A stretch of DNA of 64,000 nucleotides from contig RHPI01001616.1 of assembly GCA_009103225.1 (NCBI GenBank), forward strand, positions 498,731 to 562,730, written 5' to 3'. The position numbers and the translations under genes were made by a program. Positions 53,592 through 64,000 of this stretch are shown piece by piece. The notes under the pieces were generated by a model that did no database searches, had not been told where the DNA came from, and worked only from the letters and a program-made list of their open reading frames with translations. The DNA comes from Chlorokybus atmophyticus. Its lineage: Eukaryota; Plantae; Mesostigma and Chlorokybus algae. Every line of letters begins with the position of its first letter. The first letter of the stretch is position 1.

Positions 53592-55709
53592 CTGTTAAAC
53601 ATAAGAGTAAGACAAAAGGGAGAGCAGAAAGCAGAAAGAGGTAAAGAAGGCTACTTGGGTGTTCGAAAGCTAATATGGAAAACCTGCAGCTTACTCTAAC
53701 TCAATGTACGTGCGCATGCGTTTGTGTGTGCACAGAAAACAGCCACATGATGTGGTACATGCAGAGGTGCATGCACCAAGGTGGGGCACTAGTTGCAGTA
53801 AAACAGGAGCTATTGGCATGCACGCACGCACATGCCTTGACTGCTGACTTACCACATGTTGCTTGTGTGCTATGTGGTCGTACAATACTGAACAGAAGTA
53901 GTAGCAGTGGCAGTACATGGGGCACTTAAATGCGGAGACTCTCATCACTAAGTAAGAGGGGACAGCTTGATGTGACAGTCATTGTCGTGTGTGTTTGTGA
54001 CACTGTGTACTGCAATGCAGAGTCAACAACAAATGTTCACGACACAGAAGGGCGCTGGAAGCATTCACGTCATGCACAAGTACTGGCATGCATGCATGTG
54101 TGCGCTTCACACTGCTGCATGCAGACGTAACACAGAACGGACATCACGCTTGTCAACCACAAAGACGTGCTAGATAATGTCTATTCGTACACACCATTTT
54201 TGATATTGAGTTCCTTACATAACATGTGTGGCTTGACTGTACATGTGCACACTGAACGCTTGAATCCACGGTTTGTAGTCAGGCAACGCTGTTCGGCATT
54301 AGATCTGGGAGATCAACAATGCCGATTAAGTTAATGGCGAGGTGCGGCGCATGAGCCTCTGGGTAGAATCGAATATGGCAGTTTTTTACCAATCTGTAAT
54401 ATACACAGTGATAATTGCATTATATAAGAGCACTCAACTTACACATAACAATGTTGCAGCCAACAGAATGCGAGTACTTGACAAAGACCAACTGGCAAGG
54501 CACATGAGCGCAGTGCCATTGTCATCTGAGGCCTTACCGGCTTGGAAGCCACAACGCTCATGGCTGTAGGGGAGGCAGCGTTAGCATTGCAACTACATCC
54601 CACCAGCACAGCGCTGGTCTGAATAGCGTTGAGGCCAAGCCCTCGACCTACCACGCACGGCCCTCCTCCACACCAGCTCCTCAACAGCAGCAGCCCAACC
54701 CCTCCGATAGCCGCCGTTGCCGCTGCCGCCGCCTCCACTACCGCCTCGTGCTTTTTGCAGCATACGTTGTTGCTTGTTCAAGGCAAGCTTTGGTCCAGTT
54801 GTTGGAAACGGGCAGTCTTAGCTGCAAGACGGCGGAGGCAGCGGCGGTGTGCACGTGGTGGTTGTGGTCAACTCTCTCGGTGCTTGAAGGAGCTGGCTCT
54901 GCTTGGGGGCCGGTCAGGTGGGTGGTGTGGGTGCCGATAGACTCCACTCGGCGTTTTCGCTGGGCTCGTGGTAGGCGTCATTCACTCCCAGGACAACCGC
55001 TTACACTAGCAGGTGCGTGCGCAACCCAACATCATGAGCTTGCATGCGTGTAGCCGATCCCGCAGTAAGCTTGCGCTAGGTTTGAAGAAACGTGCACACA
55101 CTACCACACTAGTTGCATATGGGTTTTGCAGCGAGTGTAGTGTCCACTGTGTATTGTCGTCGTTATTTGCTGTTATCATTGCGGCAAATATCGTGCTTAT
55201 TGTTCAGTAGTAGTGCAGTGCAGTATCCAGGTAGTACTGAGAAGCTGCGTGCATGGGAGTTATGCTTGCATTAAGCCCTGGCTTGTGTAGCAAATGGCGA
55301 GTATCATAATCATCATGCATACTGAGACGCGCAAGAGAGCGGCAGTATGCTCCCCATGCTAATTTGATGACGCACGCATGCACATGTGCAAGCGCGTGAG
55401 CTTTTCATGAGCGTACATGTGTGAGCGAGAGACAGAGTTCACCTGCTTAGCTAGCTACTCCCTCCTCTCTCTTACATGGCGCTGATGTGTTGCGTGCAGG
55501 TGTACACCCCAGCAAACCCAATGGCAGCTAGGACACTCTGTGCCAGCCTGCATTGCCTGCAAGCAAGATCAGGGGCTGATTGGCACGCGTTCGTTAGCCT
55601 GCCAACAAGGACATGACAAGGCCGCGGTACCCTTAACCTACATTTACGTGTTGGCAAGCATAGAGATTGGCAGAGAAATGGATTGGTGACAGGCGTGCGG
55701 GCTGATGCA

Positions 55710-56097
55710 GTGCCGCCACAGCCATCGCAGTCAAGGTACATCGCTTGCTTGTGATAACAATCACCAGCTGGTGTTGAGTGTTTTACATGTGTGCGCAGGG
55801 GAAGGTAGTTAGTGCTGTGGGTCAAACGACATTGGCAAACATCGTCGGCTTTAGAGGTTGCAATTTGGAAGACAGGCACAGTGGCGGATGTGTGCAAAGC
55901 TGCAGCACTATCCTGAAGGATTTGGATAGTGTTCTGTTGAAGGTATGGTGCTCTGTTGCTCATGTTTGATAAATCTGCATATGCGTGTGTTATACACGTA
56001 GTTGATATGACTTTGCCTATTTACCGCGTTAGGCTTGTGATGATGACAGTAGTGCATTGGATCACGACACCTTAATTAGCGCCCTGCTTTATCAAGG
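55710..56097 (+). pseudogene. Decayed paralog of the first three exons (header) of the Crinkler-like gene at 59382-61107
   Basis: VPPQPSQSR|G..VLWVKRHWQTSSALEVAIWKTGTVADVCKAAA/TILKDLDSVLLK|ACDDDSSALDHDTLISALLYQG| aligns with MPPKPAYRR|GNKIVMWVKRP...TVLKSVDSVLLQ|AFDGTEKLLEYDTLVSKLLEDG|. Intron positions and phases are identical. It carries ATG>GTG, a stop and a frameshift. Confidence 0.75.
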
Positions 56098-56158
56098 TGA
56101 GCGCATGCTTTACTCTGCCGTCTAGTGACTGATGTTGTGTTGTGTTCTTCTTGCGCAG

Positions 56159-56296
56159 TGGTCGGTGGAGATACGCGGCCAGATGGCAGCGAGGCGTGTT
56201 TGTCTTGGCACATACGGGTCGGCAGAGGAGGCCGCTGCCTTGTATGATGCCGCCGTAGGTGCTGTCTGCAAACCCAATGCTAAAGCCAACTTCCCA
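56159..56296 (+). pseudogene. Orphan exon encoding the C-terminal two-thirds of an ERF-type AP2 DNA-binding domain
   Basis: WSVEIRGQMAARRVCLGTYGSAEEAAALYDAAVGAVCKPNAKANFP matches WAAEIR...RVWLGTF-x-TAEEAARAYD...AKLNFP. The YRGVR part is missing and the exon is out of phase with the upstream one. Confidence 0.8.
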
Positions 56297-56584
56297 GCAG
56301 GTGGCCAACACCGCAACAAAATGCACATACACACATGTACGCATGTATACAAAGGCACACATTCATTCACTTCACTCTCATCATCAGTTCAATCGGCCAT
56401 TCAGCGTGTGAGACCAACACAACATACTCACGCACACTGTATACACGTATACAGTGTGCGTGGTTATGGTCCGCCATTGCCTGAGCCGCAGATCCCCGCC
56501 GCTCGCGAGATGTGGGTTCGTCTGGGGATGATCCCTTCATCTGAGCCCGTGGCCTCGTCGACGCATCATCATCATCATCATCAC

Positions 56585-56765
56585 CTTCCGAACAGCACCT
56601 TGTGAAAGAAGGTGAGGTCATGGCACGCATCACATGTTAGATGTGCGCATATGTTGTTGGACGCGCATGAACATACGCGCACACACACGCACACAATCAC
56701 ACGCACACATGCGTATTGCAGGACGCAGAGGAGCATGCCAAGCTTGAGAAGTCCGATCGCATTTT
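56585..56765 (+). pseudogene. Inverted copy of a golgin exon end, intron and next exon start (from about 53470-53170)
   Basis: aacagcaccttgtgaaagaag|gtg...cacatgcgtattgcag|gacgcagaggagcatgccaagctt matches aaacagcacctgttggagaag|gtg...cacatgcaccttgcag|gacgccgaggagcaatccaagctc. Confidence 0.8.
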
Positions 56766-56849
56766 AGGCAGTAGAGCGGAACATGCGAGTTTGTGGACTG
56801 CACGGATATTCCTATGGCACAAGGGCTCACGGGTCGTTGCTGCTCTCCT

Positions 56850-58520
56850 GAAAGCGATGCAGATGCTTGACAACCGTGCACGGCGAGCTGGAGGCATTTG
56901 CTGTGCGCGCTAACAATGCACATGTGGGTAGCGACCCGGCAGAGATTGGCAAGAATAAGAACGCCTTGGTGCTGGTCTGTGCAGATGTGAAGGTGACCTT
57001 TGCATTGCTGAATGGGAAGCTCGTGCCTCACCAGCAACCCCTCCTTTGATTTCTCAGCCTGGCATGCAGAAGTAGACAACATCAGGCTGCAGAACCCAAT
57101 GAAGGTGTGTTCTGCGCTGCGGGCCACTTGTTGCCAGCTCTGTCAACAACAAACTAAAAAAAAGTGCTTGCAGTTCCTGCTACGCGACGATGACATGATT
57201 ATGCCACAATACGCCATTCAGCGAGTCTGTGAGGTGTGAGCTGACGAAGGGAGAGGCGATCATAACAACGGGGGTGAGACAGCACCACATGTGGGCAGTG
57301 CAATGGTACACCTTGATGCATGCCATGTGTGCAGGCTTCCTGGGTTTTTGGTTGGTTGGTTTCGGTTGGACTTGGTTGCAACGCAACGACATCTATGCCG
57401 TGGTGCAGGACTTGCACTGCAGGTACACATACGACGCTTTTCAGACGGTGGACTAGCTGTGGCGGATTGGGCTCTCGATGGGCGCTGGGTTGCCGTCTGC
57501 GTTGGGTGGACAGACGGCTTGCCCTGACAAGCTTGTCATTGACATCGTTTTTGACGGCGGTGTCGTCATGCATCACCGGGTAATAGAGCGGTTGTTACGT
57601 TATGCTATCCATTGCTCCACGCGAATCTTGTTAAGACAGGCTTATCATTTTCATTTTCGTTTGTTAAGCAGGAACTGCCCACACCGTGCATTCAAAACTT
57701 GCCAGTCGAGAGGATGGTTTTGAACAATTAATATTCGGGCATGGTCGTTCATTGGGAAGGGTTTTACAAGTCGAACCACGCCACACATACCTGGGCGACA
57801 CCTGGAAGATGTTGAGGATATCTACCCTGACTTCCCGTCGTCACCATGGCCAATTCTTGCAAGATACTGCTTGCTTGACAGCAATTAGTTGCTTTGCATA
57901 GCGCCAATTGTTCCCCGATCATCACGGTCTCCACAATGGCTACATGCAGGTCCCTGGTGAGCGCATGACTAAGAGAGGTCGCAGCGATAAAGAGCATCAT
58001 TGAGTCCAAGGGACCCTACTTGCTGGATATCATAGTTCCCGCACACGATTTCTAGAAGAGGCTCCTTCAAAGATACCGTTATTGAGAAAGATGGTCATCT
58101 GCAGGGTAGCGACTCCTTGTAGACAACCCGCTTTATGAACTATGTCGAAACTCACCACAAGTTTGGCAAGCTCTCTTAGACTTGTGCACCGGAACCTGTC
58201 TATACTAGCCAACCTTATGGCAGGCAGGATGTCCACCCGCGCAGCAGACATGATAAGATATACTTTGGTTAAGCTGCCTGTCTCGCTCTATCCTGAGCTG
58301 TGTGACATCGCTACACGAACATATCAGCCCCAATTGCTGGCTAGCCGCCATACAAGATATCTATTGACTAAGCTACCTCTACTTCTATTCATTTGTGAAG
58401 CTCCTACTTGTTCACCAGTTCTGAGCATACTGCAGGCCAAGAAAGTGCGTGAAGAGTGCGCGGCTAGGCATGCACATTATGACAGACTCGCACATATGAC
58501 ACAAATATGCACAAGATGAG
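56850..58520 (+). pseudogene. Degenerate, stop-riddled coding remnant of unknown family; its 5' part is repeated at about 63770-64000
   Basis: Protein-like segments include DPAEIGKNKNALVLVCADVKVTFALLNG and KLVIDIVFDGGVVMHH. Clear nucleotide similarity between 56930-57135 and 63790-64000. Confidence 0.45.
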
Positions 58521-59381
58521 GCATAACTTTCCGCCCTATAGATAGGCCACCACAAACTTCCCACCTTGCGTATGACTTATCTAGCATACCATCTTTTGTA
58601 CACAAGCAGCTTAGCCCGGTGGTTGAGCATGCCTGTGCCTTGCATGCTAACAAGCATGGCTATGTGCGCATGTGTATGTGGTACATACAATGTGGCGTAT
58701 GTATGCTCATGCAAAGGACATGCAAGTGTAGGCAACATACAGCATGCAGGCTGTCATTGTTGTTCAATCGGTCACAGTATGTTGAACGCGGGCCATGCCA
58801 TACAGTGCATGTTGCAAATCCGTCTTGGATTTATATACACGCAATCTTCATACTATGCACATCACCCTTCAAATTCCAAACGACAGCACCAGATCCCTTT
58901 GCCCATATGTACAAAAAATTCAAACATGTCATACTTACAACGCAACAAGCGCACACGGTCCCGCGCGCAGCTGGTGCTTCTTAGCTAGCCTCATTCCGGC
59001 TCTCCGCGTCCCTGCAATAGGAACAGTTGAGAGAGGGAAAGGAAAAGGGTGGAAGGGAATCATACGCATGTGCATGTGGCGCACGTACGCAGAAAGTGAG
59101 ACCGCGCGAGTACGCGCAAGACAGTGCATGGCAGCACACGCAAGGGATCAAGCGGATATCTCATTGCTTGCTACATGACCACAGCACGTCGCATACCCGA
59201 TTACTACACTAGCAACCGCATGGAGCCAATCTGAGCGAAATGGAAGGTCTCACATTACATAGCTTGCCAATGCACTCAATCAACATGAGTGAGCTGCAGC
59301 GCTCGTACGCACACCACTCTTGGTAAAAACAAGCACTGTTGCTGCCTAAACAACAAACTTTACCTTGCATAGCCGCGTGCG

Positions 59382-61107
59382 TCAGAAAAACTCCATCCGA
59401 CTGCCACTGCCAACACCCAGAAAAATCCCCAGCTGCTCATGGATGCGGGTCTCCATAACATCCGGATCAAGCGTGTCACCAAGAACGGCACTGCACACAA
59501 ACCATGGACACCGAACGAGTGTTTGAGCCCACAAGATCAATGAATGCACCTGAAGTACCATACAAACTCACGCAGAAGCGCTTGCTCCTCGGCAATTTTG
59601 GCAACCAGCTTGTCTGCGTCCAGATACACGTCACCATTCTCCTACACACATATGTGTACCTTTGTTGGCCTGCATCCAATCTCCATACACATCCAACTTG
59701 ATTAGCAATCTCTTTGCATTAAGGAAGGCGTACCTTTGTGAGGCGTGCTCTCATTGCTGGAGGAGCTTGCAGCACCCGTGTTTTGAATGTGACTACGCGA
59801 TTGAACAGATCTCTGACGTCGCCAACAGTGGCGTAGTTTCTCTTCTCCTCCGTCAGTGCGAACACTGCAGGGCTACTGAACCGTGCGTGTGGTCGTTGAC
59901 ACTTGTTGAGGAGAAGCATCCCGTCCACCTCTGCCAGTTCCTCACCACCTCGTGTCACATGAACATTGAAAATGTTATCTTTGCCGACAATCTTGCCGTC
60001 AAGGTAGCGCGCAAGCTCTCGGTGTGCATTGTACGTAGCGAAGTTGGCATTGCCTGTCATGTGATCCATGTATTGTTTAAGTCTACGCTCCACTTTCTGA
60101 AACGTTGCTTGATCAGTGGGGTGGCCCGTGTAATCTTTAGACTCATCCAACAAGTCAAATGCGCGAACAGCGTTGGGTGGTTGAGAACCAATCTCAATTA
60201 GTCCGCTCCAGCCCTGGGAGTCCAGAAACTTCTCAAAGTCTCGTTGCGAAGAAAATTTCCACGAGCGGCCTATCCTTGTCCAGGGGCCTGCGATGGCAGT
60301 GAAAAACGTGCGAATCTGGACAGAGCGCGGCATGGTTTTGTGGAAATTTTCTTCGCAACGAGACTTTGAGAAGTTTCTGGACTCCCAGGGCTGGAGCGGA
60401 CTAATTGAGATTGGTTCTCAACCACCCAACGCTGTTCGCGCATTTGACTTGTTGGATGAGTCTAAAGATTACACGGGCCACCCCACTGATCAAGCAACGT
60501 TTCAGAAAGTGGAGCGTAGACTTAAACAATACATGGATCACATGACAGGCAATGCCAACTTCGCTACGTACAATGCACACCGAGAGCTTGCGCGCTACCT
60601 TGACAGCCCAAGCCTGTGCACATACATATAACATAAGTACAACTCTATGCGCAAGCTCGTTGGTTGATGGACGAGTATGACATCTTAGTGCATTGCCTCT
60701 GGAATATAACAAAGCAAAGCTTACCGTCCTCCAGCAACTTGCTGACCAGAGTGTCGTACTCCAGCAATTTTTCCGTTCCGTCAAAAGCCTGAGGCGGTTG
60801 GGGCGGTTAGACCAGACTCTATGACAAACACATCTACACAATTGCGGAAGCCGCGGTAATCTACCTGCAGTAACACACTGTCCACACTCTTCAGGACAGT
60901 ACCCTTGGCGGCAGCGGCACACAAAGCCTCCACGTTTGCTGTGTCTTCCACTGCAACCTGCGAGGCCACTGCTGTGGGCGACGGCCGTTTCACCCACATC
61001 ACAATCTTGTTTCCCCTGCGCGCGCGCGCAAGACACTCAAGAACGATAATGGTGGATGTGAACAGATTACAAGAAATGTACCTGCGATAAGCAGGTTTCG
61101 GCGGCAT
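59382..61107 (-). CDS. Crinkler (CR)-like protein of 325 aa with a ubiquitin-like header and a PD-(D/E)xK restriction-endonuclease-fold domain; 7 exons (61107-61082, 61015-60865, 60788-60725, 60287-59734, 59669-59660, 59613-59550, 59490-59382)
   Basis: Exon lengths 26+151+64+554+10+64+109 = 978 nt, all GT-AG and without stops. Header VMWVKRP...NVEALCAAA...LKSVDSVLLQ and catalytic-like ELAEVDGMLL...ALTEEKR. An in-frame upstream ATG at 61212 would add 35 aa. Confidence 0.68.
59998..60604. repeat. Inverted repeat with 265-bp arms (59998-60262 and 60340-60604) and a 77-bp spacer
   Basis: Identical translations WKFSSQRDF...ARYLD on both strands and mirror-symmetric coordinates. Confidence 0.95.
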
Positions 61108-61332
61108 GCTTGCTTCACACCGCGCCCCCTTGATTGCCTTTCCTTCGCGTCTGGCGACGCGTACAAACTTCAAGCCGCGGGATGGGGGCCGCAGGCTGTG
61201 ACAGCTCATCATGGTGCAGAGTACGACTGCGTGCACATCCAACAACGCCGTCAAAAGAGAATCCGGAAGAATTGGGATTGCAGGGATTGACACGCTCGGA
61301 TGCACGAACTTGCACAAGCATGCACATACGCG

Positions 61333-63535
61333 TGCTTGTGCCTGCCTTACCAGACACACATACATACATATTATATTGCCCAAATAACAATTCACCACCT
61401 GCCCGCGCCCTTACATATCTCACTATGCACTGCAGTGCGTGAATGAACAACAGCACAGTGGACACTACACAGACTGAAACCCTCTGTGCTAGATGGAAAC
61501 GAGTCATTCAATCGTCCTGCGACACCACCACACTGTACCTGAGATTTCTACACTGCTATGCAACTAGAACAGAAAAACACTACTACGAGTGAAAGATGTG
61601 TCACTACTACCGCCATGCACCACATATCTCACGACGGATGCAAGCACTAGAAAGGTTTGATACTGGTACGCACACAACATGCACTGTTTCAACTATCGCG
61701 AACGACTTGAGCGCCAGGGTTGTGATGCAGACTGGAACTACGCGTGCAGGCCGCGTAGATAGATGACCGAATAAAAGAGTGATCGAATGACCTGACTTCA
61801 GTGCACGGGTACGACAGCATTGTGCTGAGCCCTGCACGAAGTGAGTAGAAAACTCTAGGATGAAAGTCACGCATGTCATGAGTCGCTGCAAAACCAAGAT
61901 GCGACTAGTGCAGTTGTAGCTGTGCAGGTTCGTTTCAACACAGGCCTATCTACAGCACCTGTGCCACCCTCTCGGCACAACAACAAGCGTGCATGCATGC
62001 GATTGATATGGTGGGTTGCACGCACCTGGTAGACGAAGAGGTTGTCCGCCTCCTCGGGCGTCTGCTTCGCGGCGGTGGCGGTGGCGGAGGCGTGATGTGA
62101 CAGGGTGGGTGCGGCGGCAGCAGCCCTGCCGTCGGCGCCTTGTAGCTGGAGTGCTTTCTTAAGACTCTGCTGGAAGCGAACGCCGACCAGCCCCGCAAAG
62201 ACGCCGCCGACTTCAGCGGCCACACCACCCGCCTGAATGACAACCTAGCCATGCAAAAGCCAGCATCAAGCAACGGGAGAGTTGAGCAAAAGTACACGCA
62301 CAAGTCATGCCGGCCCAGATTCGTACTACCAGAGATGGACGCCCCTACCTCCGCCTGTGCCACCGCCGCCGCCGCTTGCACGAAGGCTGCCTTCAACACA
62401 CATGTCTGTGCCCTACAGTCACCAGGTTAGTACCTTGCGGGAAAGGGCCGGTGCTCCATCACAATCAGTGGCCAAGGCACCAGGCGCTTGCGGCGGCGGC
62501 GGCGGTGGCACAGGCGGAGGTAGGGGCGTCCATCTCTGGTAGTACGAATCTGGGCCGGCATGACTTGTGCGTGTACTTTTGCTCAACTCTCCCGTTGCTT
62601 GATGCTGGCTTTTGCATGGCTAGGTTGTCATTCAGGCGGGTGGTGTGGCCGCTGAAGTCGGCGGCGTCTTTGCGGGGCTGGTCGGCGTTCGCTTCCAGCA
62701 GAGTCTTAAGAAAGCACTCCAGCTACAAGGCGCCGACGGCAGGGCTGCTGCCGCCGCACCCACCCTGTCACATCACGCCTCCGCCACCGCCACCGCCGCG
62801 AAGCAGACGCCCGAGGAGGCGGACAACCTCTTCGTCTACCAGGTGCGTGCAACCCACCATATCAATCGCATGCATGCACGCTTGTTGTTGTGCCGAGAGG
62901 GTGGCACAGGTGCTGTAGATAGGCCTGTGTTGAAACGAACCTGCACAGCTACAACTGCACTAGTCGCATCTTGGTTTTGCAGCGACTCATGACATGCGTG
63001 ACTTTCATCCTAGAGTTTTCTACTCACTTCGTGCAGGGCTCAGCACAATGCTGTCGTACCCGTGCACTGAAGTCAGGTCATTCGATCACTCTTTTATTCG
63101 GTCATCTATCTACGCGGCCTGCACGCGTAGTTCCAGTCTGCATCACAACCCTGGCGCTCAAGTCGTTCGCGATAGTTGAAACAGTGCATGTTGTGTGCGT
63201 ACCAGTATCAAACCTTTCTAGTGCTTGCATCCGTCGTGAGATATGTGGTGCATGGCGGTAGTAGTGACACATCTTTCACTCGTAGTAGTGTTTTTCTGTT
63301 CTAGTTGCATAGCAGTGTAGAAATCTCAGGTACAGTGTGGTGGTGTCGCAGGACGATTGAATGACTCGTTTCCATCTAGCACAGAGGGTTTCAGTCTGTG
63401 TAGTGTCCACTGTGCTGTTGTTCATTCACGCACTGCAGTGCATAGTGAGATATGTAAGGGCGCGGGCAGGTGGTGAATTGTTATTTGGGCAATATAATAT
63501 GTATGTATGTGTGTCTGGTAAGGCAGGCACAAGCA
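61333..63535. repeat. Inverted repeat with 1043-bp arms (61333-62375 and 62493-63535) and a 117-bp spacer; the right arm ends at an N
   Basis: Several ORFs in the track are identical on opposite strands, and their coordinates all sum to 124868. Confidence 0.95.
62624..62842 (+). CDS. Probable coding exon of an unidentified gene, duplicated by the inverted repeat (mirror copy at 62026-62244 on -)
   Basis: An AG/GT-bounded 219-nt GC-rich exon reads VVIQAGGVAAEVGGVFAGLVGVRFQQSLKKALQLQG...EEADNLFVYQ. Family not recognised. Confidence 0.4.
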
Positions 63536-64000
63536 NGTGCTGGTGGGATGTAAATCCACACAAACGCCTAACGCTGCCCGCTTCCCCGCCCCTTATTTCC
63601 CCAGCCAAGGCCGTTGCGATCTCCTAGCTGGTAAGGCTTCAATGAGAGAGAGAGAGAGAGAGCGCAAAGCGTAATGTGCCGTGCAAGCTTGTCTCTCTTA
63701 GTGTCACTCTTCTGGCTGCAACCGTTGTGTTGTTGTCATCACACGGCTTCAGTGCACCGCCGCCGCGGTTGCTGCGCATGCCAACATGTGGATATAAACA
63801 TTGACCCGGCGGATATACCGGCAAACACAAGAGCGCCTTGGTGCCGGTCTGTACAGATGTGAAGGTGACCCTCGCGTTGCTAAATGCGGAGCTCGCGGCA
63901 CGCCCGCAGTACTAGTCCTTCACTTTTTCGGCCTGTCATGCATCAGGCTGCAGAACCCAGCGAAGGTGTGTTCTACGCCGCGGGCCACTTGTTGCCCGGC

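Overview
Eukaryotic nuclear DNA from a green-lineage alga. It has GT-AG introns full of (GT)/(CA) repeats, GC-rich exons, nuclear-encoded plastid proteins and the standard genetic code. Plant-like atpC, TOC75, eIF4E, ERF-type AP2 and RBL15 sequences suggest an early-diverging streptophyte alga (inference). Apparently intact spliced housekeeping genes are DDX56/RH16, atpC, a cytosolic-type APS kinase, TOC75, eIF4E and RFC2. An intact secreted or Golgi fucosyltransferase-like gene is also present. These are mixed with many local, mostly inverted, duplications and gene relics. The relics include two extra DDX56 copies, an inverted RFC2/FucT duplication with reciprocal gene loss, a dead Gag retroelement, a non-LTR endonuclease fragment, a two-domain hevein gene with one nonsense codon, and a 5'-truncated GRAB golgin. 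The most unusual part is 55.7-64 kb. A fully spliceable 7-exon gene encodes a Crinkler-like header plus a PD-(D/E)xK nuclease domain, and its intron 2 holds a 265-bp inverted copy of its own exon 3. A 1.04-kb inverted repeat sits just upstream. A decayed paralogous header is joined to captured AP2 and golgin exons. All exon models were built by eye, and family assignments come from motif recall rather than database searches.
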